Below are positions 35,958 to 44,369 of a stretch of 52,389 nt of DNA, piece after piece. Position 1 is the first letter of the stretch; every line of letters begins with the position of its first letter. This DNA comes from Oscillospiraceae bacterium (GTDB lineage: Bacteria > Bacillota > Clostridia > Oscillospirales > CAG-272): NCBI GenBank assembly GCA_015064525.1, contig SVSC01000003.1, positions 1 to 52,389 of the forward strand. Direction: 5' to 3'. The notes under the pieces are model-generated. The model ran no database searches. It worked only from the letters and a program-made list of their open reading frames with translations, and was not told where the DNA came from. The translations under genes were made by a program, and so were the position numbers.

Positions 35958-36779
35958 TTATTTCGTCAGCTCGGCAATTGCCTCGGCGCATTGCTCGTCG
36001 TTGGGAGCGGCGCCGTGCCAGTTCACCTTGTTCTCCATAAAGGAAACGCCCTTACCCTTCACGGTCTTTGCGATGATTGCGGTGGGCTTGCCCTTCACGG
36101 TCTTTGCCTCGGCAAACGCCGCCTCGATTTCCTCAAAGGAGTGACCGTTGATGGAGATCACGTGGAAGCCGAACGCCTCCAGCTTTTTATCGTGAGGCGT
36201 GGGATTCATAACCTCGGCAACGGGACCGTCGATCTGCAGTCCGTTCCAGTCGATGATGAGGCAGAGGTTGTCCAGCTTGTAGTGAGAGGCGAACATACAA
36301 GCCTCCCAAACCTGTCCCTCCTCGCTCTCGCCGTCGCCAACCACGGTGTACACCCGATAGTCCTTGTTGTCGATCTTGCCCGCCAGCGCCATGCCTGCGG
36401 CGGAGCTGATGCCAAGACCCAAAGAGCCCGAGGACATATCCACACCGGGGGTGAGGGTCATGTCGGGGTGTCCCTGCAGGCGGGAACCCAGCTTACGCAG
36501 AGTCTTCAGCTCCTCCACGGGGAAGAAGCCTCTGTGGGCAAGGGTGGAGTAGAGCGCGGGAGCGCAGTGACCCTTGGAAAGCACAAAACGGTCACGGTTT
36601 TGCATATTGGGGTTTTCGGGATCAACGTTCATCTCCGAAAAATAAAGATAGGTCATCACGTCGGTGATGGAGAGCGAGCCGCCGGGATGTCCCGATTTTG
36701 CCGCATGGGTGGCTTCGATGATGCCAACGCGGATCTTTTTCGCGGTCTCGGTCAGCATATTGAGTTTTTGAGCGTCCAT
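35958..36779 (-). CDS. Transketolase, N-terminal (TPP-binding) subunit
   Basis: SGHPGGSLS, RDRFVLSKGH, LQGHP, GDGE..EG..WEA, KGKG. Confidence 0.95.
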   Translation of the reverse strand: MDAQKLNMLTETAKKIRVGIIEATHAAKSGHPGGSLSITDVMTYLYFSEMNVDPENPNMQNRDRFVLSKGHCAPALYSTLAHRGFFPVEELKTLRKLGSRLQGHPDMTLTPGVDMSSGSLGLGISSAAGMALAGKIDNKDYRVYTVVGDGESEEGQVWEACMFASHYKLDNLCLIIDWNGLQIDGPVAEVMNPTPHDKKLEAFGFHVISINGHSFEEIEAAFAEAKTVKGKPTAIIAKTVKGKGVSFMENKVNWHGAAPNDEQCAEAIAELTK

Positions 36780-36964
36780 TACAGTCCTCCCTGATTTTTT
36801 TCAATACAGGATTATTATAATTCATAAAGCGAGAAAAGTCAAGACGTCGGAGAAAAAATCCTGCTTTTTTCTCCCATCAGGTAAGAAAAGAACATATTTC
36901 ATAAAAAAAGGACATAGGTTCGGAAACGTTCACAAAAGATTCCCGCTCCTATCATAAAAACCGC

Positions 36965-36993
36965 TTGACATCGGACGGATTTTCCGATATAAT
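36965..36993 (+). promoter_or_regulatory. Consensus sigmaA promoter with an inverted repeat in the spacer
   Basis: TTGACA-17 bp-TATAAT; atcgga-N7-tccgat at 36970-36988. Confidence 0.8.
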
Positions 36994-37035
36994 ATTAAAG
37001 ATAACGAAAAAACTACGAAAACGGAGGATGCCGAA

Positions 37036-38004
37036 GTGATTGAGGTGATCGGCGCCCGTGTTACAAGCGGCGCGCGGAACATGATAAGGGACGCTTCCCT
37101 CAAAATGAAAAACGGAAGGATTTACGGTGTGTTCGGCTTGCGCGCCGACGAGGTCTCCTCGTTGATGCGTTTGCTGGCGGGAGCGGTTGAGCCCGAGGAG
37201 GGGAGCGTTCGCGTGAACGGCTTTGACCTTTGGCGCGAGGGCGTTGCCGCCAGAAAATGCCTGGGATACCTGCCTCTCTCGGCGGAGCTTTATCCCGATA
37301 TGACGGTTTACGAGCTGTTGGACTTTGTTGCCGAGGCAAAGGGGATTTCCGCCGAACGCCGCTTCCTTCGGGCGCATGAATGGATGGAGCGCCTTTGGCT
37401 CGGAGACCTGCGGAACCGTCGGATCGCTCTGCTGAATCCCGTTGAGTTGGTATTTTTGCGCTTGGCGCAGGCGTGCGTGGGCGACCCCGATATTCTGATT
37501 CTGGAGGATCCCTTCGGACAGCTCAACGGGGGAACCGTGGATGATCGCGAAGCCTTCTCGGAGGTGATCGAGGAGCTTGCGGAGCAGGGGAAAACGGTGT
37601 TTTTGTCTGCCGCTGACTCCCGCGTGTTGGATCGGCTTGCCAATGAGGTGCTTTTGGTGGAGGAGGGACGGGTGCTTGCTCCCGTTCCCGCCAAGGAGCT
37701 TTTGCAGGGGATCTGCGCGGAGGTGTCTGTTTTTGGGGATCGCGAGCGCGTGATTTCCGCTCTTTCCGCAGTGGGAGGTTTGTTCTCCTGCGGCGCGGTC
37801 AGATCCGACGAATTTCAACGAACGGTTTGGCGGGTGAAATCCGCAGAGGACCGTTCCGTGGAGATTCGCGAGGCGTTAACGGCGGAAGGCTTGAAATGTT
37901 CCCCTGTGATTCGCGTTCCCGCAAGCGCCGCCGAGGAGGCTTACAGGCAAGGCGTGACGGGCGTTGTCGGAGAATCTGATGGGAAAGGAGGAGACGAGGT
38001 ATGA
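37036..38004 (+). CDS. ABC-type ATP-binding-fold protein (GldA/CcmA-like) with degenerate catalytic motifs
   Basis: The ABC scaffold is recognisable (G...P.EG.V.VNG.D, GYLP, LYPDMTV.E.L, DPDILIL, GKTVFLS), but Walker A, signature, Walker B and H-loop are substituted. Confidence 0.8.
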   Translation: MIEVIGARVTSGARNMIRDASLKMKNGRIYGVFGLRADEVSSLMRLLAGAVEPEEGSVRVNGFDLWREGVAARKCLGYLPLSAELYPDMTVYELLDFVAEAKGISAERRFLRAHEWMERLWLGDLRNRRIALLNPVELVFLRLAQACVGDPDILILEDPFGQLNGGTVDDREAFSEVIEELAEQGKTVFLSAADSRVLDRLANEVLLVEEGRVLAPVPAKELLQGICAEVSVFGDRERVISALSAVGGLFSCGAVRSDEFQRTVWRVKSAEDRSVEIREALTAEGLKCSPVIRVPASAAEEAYRQGVTGVVGESDGKGGDEV

Positions 38005-40271
38005 TTGCCATCTACAAAAGAGAGCTGCGATCCTGCTTTCACAGTCTTTTGGGCTGGCTGACGGTTGGCATCAGTCTGCTTGCAAGCGGTGTGTTGACGG
38101 CAGTTTTGAATTTGCTGGCGGGAAGCACCGATTTTTCCTACATCCTCCGCGTTGCCCTTTCCATGTCCACGCTTTCCATTCCCGTGGTTTCCGTGGCTTC
38201 GGTGATGACCTTCACGCGGGAAAACAAGCATGGGAACGGCGGGTGGCTATCGTCCCTTCCCGTTTCTCTTTGGCAGTTGAGACTGGGAAAATATCTGGCG
38301 GCGCTGACGTTGATCTCAATTCCAACCGCCGTTTTGGCTTTGTATCCGCTGATTCTGGAAAATTTCGGAACCCTTTCCTACGGCTCGGCTTATACCGCGC
38401 TGTTTGGCTACTGGCTCCTCACCGCCGCTCTGTTGGCGATCTGCTCCTTGGTGGCGTCGCGTTTCCGCAATTGGATTGTTTCTCTGGCGGTTTGCCTGGC
38501 GATCGGTGTGGGACTTTTGTTTGTTCTGCCTTTGCTCAGCGCCATCTGCGGCACCCTTCCTTTGATCGGAATGCTGATCGGCGTGGTGGCTTGCGCGGCG
38601 GTTTGCGCGGTTCGTATGCTTCGGCGGCGGAGATTTCTGCCGATCACGCTTTTCGTGTGCGCAGGCGTGGCGTTGGCGCAGGTGGCGCTCTATCTGCTCC
38701 TGCCCGATTTCTTCCGTCGGTTTCTCTCCGCGCTTCTTGCCGAGCTTTCCTTGTTTGAACGGCTGAACGGCTTTTGCGCGGGTCAGTTTGATCTCCCTGC
38801 CACCGTTCTGCTCCTGAGCGTTTGCGCCTTGTGTCTGTTTATGCTGGCGGTTCGTTGGGAAGGCTCCGCGAAAAAGCGCGCTTCCAAACGGGCGCTTTTG
38901 TTGGCAGGAGCGCTGATCGCTTTGAACGTTGCCACGGCTTTTGCGCCCTACCGCCTCAGCTACCCCAACGTTTCGGGTAATGGCGTGTTCCGTATCTCCG
39001 ATGCCTCCGCCCGCTATCTTTCCACCGTTGATCGCAAGGTGGAAATCCTTTACCACGTGAAGGGGGGACGTCGGGCGGCGGATCGGGATATCTATTCTTT
39101 CCTGCTGCAGTATGAATCGAAAAATCCGCTGATTGAAGTGAAATTGGTGGACATTTCCAAGGAGGATACCTCCGCAGCGGATCAGAGCATCACCGTTCGC
39201 TCGGAAACGGGAAGCCGCAGCTTTATGGTAACCGAGCTTTACTATTACTACAGCAACGCTATGAAAATGCCCCTCACGCTGGAGGAATACGCGGCGGTTC
39301 TGAGCAGCTATTCCTCATCCTCCCTCACGCAGGACGCCTATCAGACCTTGATGTCCTACTACGGTCCTGCCGTGATGCAGGTTTACTACGCGGGCGACGC
39401 CAACCTGACGGGCGCGATCCGATACGTTCTCACAGAGAATACGCCTACTGTCGGTGTCTACTCCAACGGGATCGTAACGGTCAATCAGCTGTTGCGGCAT
39501 GAGCTGGAGCAGCAGGGCTATGGGATGACCGCGGTGTCCTCCCTCGCGGATTTTACGGGCGACGCGCTGATCCTGCAGCTTTCCAAGGATTTAACGGCAG
39601 AGGAGGCAACCGCCCTGAGCAGCTATCTTTCCCGCGGCGGAAAGGTTTTGCTCACCACAAGCTTTACCACCACCTTTGAAACGCCGAACCTTCTGGGGGC
39701 GCTTGCTCCCTTCGGGCTTTCCTGCCACCAGGAAATGAACGTGGTTTACGACGTTTCGGAAAACAGCTACAGTCCGATCTTTTCGGCAAGCCTTGGGGAT
39801 CACCCCATCACCGACGGGCTTTCGGGCTACGTTGGTTATAACGCGCACGCCATTCTTTCCACCGAAACCGATGGCGTGACCCACAGCATACTGCTGAGGA
39901 GCTCGGAAAGCTCCGTGCTGTTGACCAAGGAGACGCAGAACCAGCAAGAGCCCGATGCCGAAAGCTATGCCCTCGGTGTGCTGGCGGAAAAGGGAGACGC
40001 CGCCGTGCTTTGGCTGGGTATGACGATGGAGTCGATCTCCAACGCCTATTCGGGTGGCGGAAATTACAGCTTTGTTGCGGCTGCCCTGGAGCAGTTTACG
40101 GGCTTTTCGGGAATTTCTATGAGAATCTCCCATAAGGCGGTTCCCTCGGATTATCTGGGCGCCACAATGGGAAATCTGATTTTCTGGATTTTGACGTTTG
40201 TTCTGATCATTCCCGTTGGAGTGATCGTTGCGGGTGGAATCAAATTCTATTTCCGCAGAAAGCGGAGATGA
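38001..40271 (+). CDS. ABC-2 permease fused to a GldG-like extracytoplasmic domain (GldF-GldG-like)
   Basis: MIAIYKREL..F, E...G...L..LP, LGKYLA; SGN..F.IS..S...L; YL.RGG.VL; HPIT..L; C-terminal TM plus RRKRR. Confidence 0.8.
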   Translation: MIAIYKRELRSCFHSLLGWLTVGISLLASGVLTAVLNLLAGSTDFSYILRVALSMSTLSIPVVSVASVMTFTRENKHGNGGWLSSLPVSLWQLRLGKYLAALTLISIPTAVLALYPLILENFGTLSYGSAYTALFGYWLLTAALLAICSLVASRFRNWIVSLAVCLAIGVGLLFVLPLLSAICGTLPLIGMLIGVVACAAVCAVRMLRRRRFLPITLFVCAGVALAQVALYLLLPDFFRRFLSALLAELSLFERLNGFCAGQFDLPATVLLLSVCALCLFMLAVRWEGSAKKRASKRALLLAGALIALNVATAFAPYRLSYPNVSGNGVFRISDASARYLSTVDRKVEILYHVKGGRRAADRDIYSFLLQYESKNPLIEVKLVDISKEDTSAADQSITVRSETGSRSFMVTELYYYYSNAMKMPLTLEEYAAVLSSYSSSSLTQDAYQTLMSYYGPAVMQVYYAGDANLTGAIRYVLTENTPTVGVYSNGIVTVNQLLRHELEQQGYGMTAVSSLADFTGDALILQLSKDLTAEEATALSSYLSRGGKVLLTTSFTTTFETPNLLGALAPFGLSCHQEMNVVYDVSENSYSPIFSASLGDHPITDGLSGYVGYNAHAILSTETDGVTHSILLRSSESSVLLTKETQNQQEPDAESYALGVLAEKGDAAVLWLGMTMESISNAYSGGGNYSFVAAALEQFTGFSGISMRISHKAVPSDYLGATMGNLIFWILTFVLIIPVGVIVAGGIKFYFRRKRR

Positions 40272-40296
40272 TCCCTTCGTTATAAGTTATAAAACG

Positions 40297-40355
40297 AAAA
40301 GGTTCGATTGTTGACGGCTCCGCATAACGGGGAGCCGCAATGATCGAGCCTTTTT
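40297..40355. terminator. Long bidirectional terminator-like hairpin
   Basis: aaaaggttcgattgttgacggctcc / ggagccgcaatgatcgagccttttt. Confidence 0.75.
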
Positions 40356-40357
40356 CT

Positions 40358-40482
40358 GCTGAGTACATACCATCCCCGAGAATGAGATGTTATCTGTTTC
40401 CAAACAAGTTACCCAAGCTAACATCATGGAGCGGATGGGGTGGTGGTACCAAGCCGCTTGCGGGAGCGATTGCTTGATCAGC
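40358..40482. ncRNA. Candidate branched structured RNA/DNA element (unassigned)
   Basis: Nested stems gctga/tcagc, gtac/gtac, acca(t)cccc/ggggtggt, gatgtta/taacatc, tgttt/aaaca, caagc/gcttg, cgct/agcg. Confidence 0.4.
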
Positions 40483-40508
40483 GTACCGCGCGAACAAATT
40501 TATAAAAC

Positions 40509-40548
40509 AAAAGAGAGTGTCGCTGTGTAACGCAACACTCTCAAAAAA
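40509..40548 (-). terminator. Terminator downstream of rsmA
   Basis: gagagtgt(c)gc / gc(a)acactctc stem, followed by TTTTGTTTT on the minus strand. Confidence 0.7.
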
Positions 40549-40619
40549 CATCTACGGGAAAGTTCTTGGAGGTGTGGAGCCTCCTTTCAAGATGGTTCCA
40601 CGTGTCCAACCTTTCCGGA

Positions 40620-41495
40620 TCAATTCACCCCCAACATTTCCAGAAGAATATCCGAAAGCTGGGTGAAGGCGGCAATATCCAGTCGCTCGCCTCGAATCAG
40701 GGGATCCTCGCTGACCTGTGCCACTGCTTGACGGATCTGCTCCGAGGTCAACGCGGGGAAGCCCGAGGAAAGGGCGTTGGCAAGGGTCTTTCGCCGCTGA
40801 CCGAAGGCTGCCTTGATGGTGCGGAAAAGCATCTCCTCGCTTTTGGGAGAGCAGGGCTTTTCCTTCCAAAGGGTGATTCGGATCACGGCGGAATTGACCT
40901 TGGGAGCCGGAACAAAGCGATCGGCGGGAACGCGGAAGAGCTTTTCGGCGTGACCGTAGTAATTCACGGAGGCGGTGATGGCACCGTACGCCTTGCCGCC
41001 CGCGGGGGCGCAGATACGGTCTGCCACCTCCTCCTGCACCATCACGGTGATGCTTTCAAAGGGGAGACGGCTTTCCAGCAGCTTCATGAGAATGGGGGAG
41101 GTGATGTAGTAGGGCAGGTTGGCGCAAACGCTAACGGGTCCCTTCTGAAAGTCCTCTGCCAGAAGAGCCTGCAGGTCAGCTTGCATCACGTCCTCGTTGT
41201 AAACCGTCACGTTGTCGAACTCGCCCAGGGTATATTTGAGAACGGGGATCAGGTTGCGGTCGATCTCCAGCGCCTTCACGGTGCGGTAGCGCTCCGCCAG
41301 CGCGCGGGTTAAAACACCGATGCCGGGCCCCACCTCTAAAACGGTGCAAGCCTCTGCCTCGGCGCAGGCGTCGGCGATATCCTCGATCACCATGGCGTCG
41401 GTGAGAAAATTCTGACCGAACTCCTTGTGAAACCTCAGCCCGAACATTGCCATGATTTGGTGAATGGTTTTGGGATCCCATAAATTCATGATCAA
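40620..41495 (-). CDS. rsmA: 16S rRNA dimethyladenosine transferase
   Basis: FGQNFL, EVGPGIG.LT, EIDR, ANLPYYIT, MVQ.EVA.R, F.P.PKV.S, F.QRRKTL.N; start may be 41489. Confidence 0.96.
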   Translation of the reverse strand: MIMNLWDPKTIHQIMAMFGLRFHKEFGQNFLTDAMVIEDIADACAEAEACTVLEVGPGIGVLTRALAERYRTVKALEIDRNLIPVLKYTLGEFDNVTVYNEDVMQADLQALLAEDFQKGPVSVCANLPYYITSPILMKLLESRLPFESITVMVQEEVADRICAPAGGKAYGAITASVNYYGHAEKLFRVPADRFVPAPKVNSAVIRITLWKEKPCSPKSEEMLFRTIKAAFGQRRKTLANALSSGFPALTSEQIRQAVAQVSEDPLIRGERLDIAAFTQLSDILLEMLGVN

Positions 41496-41615
41496 AGGTC
41501 TTCCTTTCCATAAAACGGTGACTTTTCAAGCGCTTCTATTTTACCACAAGTTTCCCCAAAAATCAAGCGAGAGCCGTCTTTTTTCAAAAAAAAACATACT
41601 TTTTCAAAAATAATA

Positions 41616-41644
41616 TTGACAAACGGTTTTTTTTCGGGTATAAT
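41616..41644 (+). promoter_or_regulatory. Consensus sigmaA promoter of tRNA-Thr
   Basis: TTGACA-17 bp-TATAAT. Confidence 0.85.
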
Positions 41645-41670
41645 ATATAGCGTTGTACGCGCAAGAGTAC

Positions 41671-41746
41671 GCTGGTGTAGCACAGTCGGTAGTGCAGCTG
41701 ATTCGTAATCAGCAGGTCGTGTGTTCGAGTCACATCACCAGCTCCA
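41671..41746 (+). tRNA. tRNA-Thr (CGT)
   Basis: GCTGGTG acceptor stem pairing with CACCAGC, anticodon arm GCTGA-TTCGTAA-TCAGC, GTTCGAG T-loop, CCA end. Confidence 0.96.
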
Positions 41747-41782
41747 CAGCTTGCGCGTATTTTTTGTTGTCAATCCCCATCG

Positions 41783-42151
41783 TTATCCCTTGGGCTTGCC
41801 GCGGAAGAAGAGGCAGGCGAGAAAGCCGAAAACCAACGCGGCGGCGATCCCACCCGATGCCGATCTCAGAGGTCCTGTCAGCACGCCGATGGCACCCTGA
41901 CTTTCAATTGCCTCCACGGTGCCCTTGGCAATGAGATGACCGAAGCCCGTGAGTGGCGTGGTGGCGCCTGCCCCCGCAAACTCCACCAAGGGCTGATACA
42001 CGCCGATGGCGCTGAGAGCTACCCCCGCAACCACGTATCCAACCAGAATGCGGGCGGGGGTGAGCTTTGTTTTGTCGATCAGAATTTGCGCGATCACGCA
42101 GAAGGCGCCGCCAACGATAAAGGCGCGCAGAAGCGCTTGCAGTCCGTTCAT
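41783..42151 (-). CDS. spoVAE: Stage V sporulation protein AE (SpoVAC/SpoVAEb family)
   Basis: AF.VGG..C.IAQILIDKTKLTPARILV..VV.G, FAGAGA..PLTGFG. Confidence 0.93.
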   Translation of the reverse strand: MNGLQALLRAFIVGGAFCVIAQILIDKTKLTPARILVGYVVAGVALSAIGVYQPLVEFAGAGATTPLTGFGHLIAKGTVEAIESQGAIGVLTGPLRSASGGIAAALVFGFLACLFFRGKPKG

Positions 42152-43170
42152 AGAAATTCCTCCCGTTGCTCCAACGCCGTTCGCAGCTCCAAAAGATGCG
42201 CCACGGCGGGAATGTTTCCTCCTTGCTTGATGCTGTCGGGGCTCATCATGGCGCCCGTTGCCATAAACAGAATTCGCTTCCATTCTCCCTTGCTGATTTT
42301 TGGCAGAATTTCCGCCGCCAGCACCGAGGCGGCGCAGCCGCAGCCCGAGCCGCCGCTGTGAACGTCCTGCCGCTCCTTGTGGTAGATCAGTCTGCCGCAG
42401 TCCTCGTAGCGTGAGGAAATATCCAAGCCGTCCGCCAGCAGTAGCTGACAAAGAATATCACCGCCCTCAAAGCCCAGATCCCCCGTCACAATGCGATCGT
42501 AATCCTCGGGAGCGGTGTGAGTGTCCGCAAAAAAGCGGAGAAGGGTGTCCCTTGCGGCGGGAGCCATTGCCGCACCCATGTTGTTGGCGTCGTTGATGCC
42601 GTAATCCTTGGCTTTTCCCGCCATTCCGTGAACGATCAGCACCTCGTCCGCCGTTCTCAGAGGACGCCCCACCAGGAATGCGCCCGCTCCCGTTACCGTC
42701 CATTGGGCTGTTGGAGGGCGCTGGGAGCCGTATTCCAGGGGAGAGCGGTACTGTCGTTCGGCGGCGCAGAAGTGTGAGGAGGTGACGGCGGCGCACAGGG
42801 AGCAAGCCCTTGAGGTCACCGTCACGGCGGAGAGGAGAAGTCCCTCGGCGCAGGTGGAGCAGGCGCCATAGAGCCCGAGATAGGGAATATCGTAGGAAAG
42901 AAGCCCGTAGGCGGAGCCAACGCATTGATTTTGCAGGTCGCCCGCGAACAGCGCGCCGATCTGACCGTCGCTCACCCCCATTCTCGCCATGGCAACCGCC
43001 AGCGCCATGCGTTGCATCTCGCTCTCCGCGCTCTCCCAGGTTTTTTGCCCGAATTTGCAATCGGGATCGTGAAGGTCGAACAGATGCCCCAAGGGCCCCT
43101 CATATTCCTTTTTTCCAACCGCCGTTCCCCATGCTTGAATGGCGGCGGAGAGCTTGAACGCTCCTTGCAT
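42148..43170 (-). CDS. spoVAD: Stage V sporulation protein AD
   Basis: VGKKE.EGPL, GDL.NQC, GACST, SSHF..AERQYR.PLEYG.QRP.TAQWTVTG, GGSGCGC. Confidence 0.96.
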   Translation of the reverse strand: MQGAFKLSAAIQAWGTAVGKKEYEGPLGHLFDLHDPDCKFGQKTWESAESEMQRMALAVAMARMGVSDGQIGALFAGDLQNQCVGSAYGLLSYDIPYLGLYGACSTCAEGLLLSAVTVTSRACSLCAAVTSSHFCAAERQYRSPLEYGSQRPPTAQWTVTGAGAFLVGRPLRTADEVLIVHGMAGKAKDYGINDANNMGAAMAPAARDTLLRFFADTHTAPEDYDRIVTGDLGFEGGDILCQLLLADGLDISSRYEDCGRLIYHKERQDVHSGGSGCGCAASVLAAEILPKISKGEWKRILFMATGAMMSPDSIKQGGNIPAVAHLLELRTALEQREEFL

Positions 43171-43199
43171 GGCAATGCCTCGCTTTCGATTTTTTTACT

Positions 43200-43228
43200 T
43201 ATTGTGCGTCATTCCGCTTGCATTATGC
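43200..43228 (-). promoter_or_regulatory. Putative sigmaG/sigmaF (forespore) promoter
   Basis: GCATA-17 bp-CACAATA upstream of spoVAD; spoVA is a known sigmaG target. Confidence 0.6.
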
Positions 43229-43286
43229 GCGAAAATATGATAAAATAAAAAGCGAAACAAAAATGAAATTATTGGAGGAACCGATT

Positions 43287-44156
43287 ATGGTCTACACCAT
43301 CAAAAATCACCGTTTAACGGTAACGATTTCCGAGATTGGCGCCGAGCTGCAATCCATTGTGGACGAATGGGGAAGTGAGCGCCTTTGGAATGGCGACCCT
43401 GCCTTTTGGGGTGAGAGAGCGCCCGTTCTGTTTCCCTTTTGCGGACGTGTCTGGAATGGGAAGATTACGGCAAAGGGCGTTCCCTGCAAAATGGATTTGC
43501 ACGGCTTTTTCCGTTGCAGAACATGCGAGGTTGAGCAGCTGAGCAACACTGAGATCGCCTTCACGCAGGTCGAGGATGATGCCACTCTTGCGGATTATCC
43601 CTTCCGTTTTCGCGTGCGGATCGTTTACCGCCTGGAGGAGAACCGTTTGTTCGTGCGCGCTGAGATCACCAACACGGGTAACGGCGTGATGCCTTATGGC
43701 TACGGCGCTCATCCCGGCTTCAAGACCCCCTTCGATGGCGGTAGCTTTGAGGACTACTATATCCAATTCTCCCAAAAGCAGGAGGTTCGTTCTCTCTGCT
43801 TCGATGAGAACAACTGCTTCCTGATCGGCGGCAGCCGCCCCTTCCCGCTGGAGGAGGGCAATCGCTTTGGATTGCGCGATGCGGACTTTGAAACCGGCTC
43901 CTTCTTCCTGTGCGAAATGCCCGGCGAGGCAACGCTCAAGCGGAACGGATCCTCTCACTATCTCACCTTCCGCTACGAGGGCTTCCCCTATCTGGGCTTT
44001 TGGAAGGTGCCGGGTGCCAATTATATTTGCGTGGAGCCGTGGCGCAGCCTGCCCGCGCATTCGGGAGAAAATACCGAGCTGTTTGAAAAGGACGATCTGG
44101 TTCGTGCGGAAGCAGGCGAAACCGTGATCCACGAATACAGCATTGAGGTGGGATGA
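43287..44156 (+). CDS. Aldose 1-epimerase family protein (LacX-like)
   Basis: GAEL.S, LW.GDP.FW...APVLFP..G, HGF.R, YPF.F, G.HPGF, .C.EPW. Confidence 0.9.
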   Translation: MVYTIKNHRLTVTISEIGAELQSIVDEWGSERLWNGDPAFWGERAPVLFPFCGRVWNGKITAKGVPCKMDLHGFFRCRTCEVEQLSNTEIAFTQVEDDATLADYPFRFRVRIVYRLEENRLFVRAEITNTGNGVMPYGYGAHPGFKTPFDGGSFEDYYIQFSQKQEVRSLCFDENNCFLIGGSRPFPLEEGNRFGLRDADFETGSFFLCEMPGEATLKRNGSSHYLTFRYEGFPYLGFWKVPGANYICVEPWRSLPAHSGENTELFEKDDLVRAEAGETVIHEYSIEVG

Positions 44157-44232
44157 TTCCTCCCGATCGGTGACACGTGTTGAAAAAACGAAAAAATCTT
44201 TTGATTTTTTTGAAGAAAAGAAGGAATTTTCA

Positions 44233-44261
44233 TTGACAAGACTTTCATTGTATGATACAAT
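44233..44261 (+). promoter_or_regulatory. sigmaA-type promoter
   Basis: TTGACA-17 bp-TACAAT with extended TG. Confidence 0.7.
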
Positions 44262-44369
44262 ATATGTACAGTCCGAAATTTTGCCCGACGGAGCGCTTTT
44301 TTGGTGCTTTTGCCGATTGAGATAGAGTTTTACCGGAAGTTTATCAATGAAAGGAAGTACAGTGAGGAA

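Noticed and set aside
35003-36779. Split transketolase as a frameshifted pseudogene
   Set aside because: Both halves have their own GGAGG RBS and intact motifs; two-subunit transketolases are common in Clostridia
40408-40440. Twister ribozyme-like strings (CCCAAGC ... GGAG)
   Set aside because: The conserved UAA cleavage-site loop and the pseudoknot pairings could not be placed
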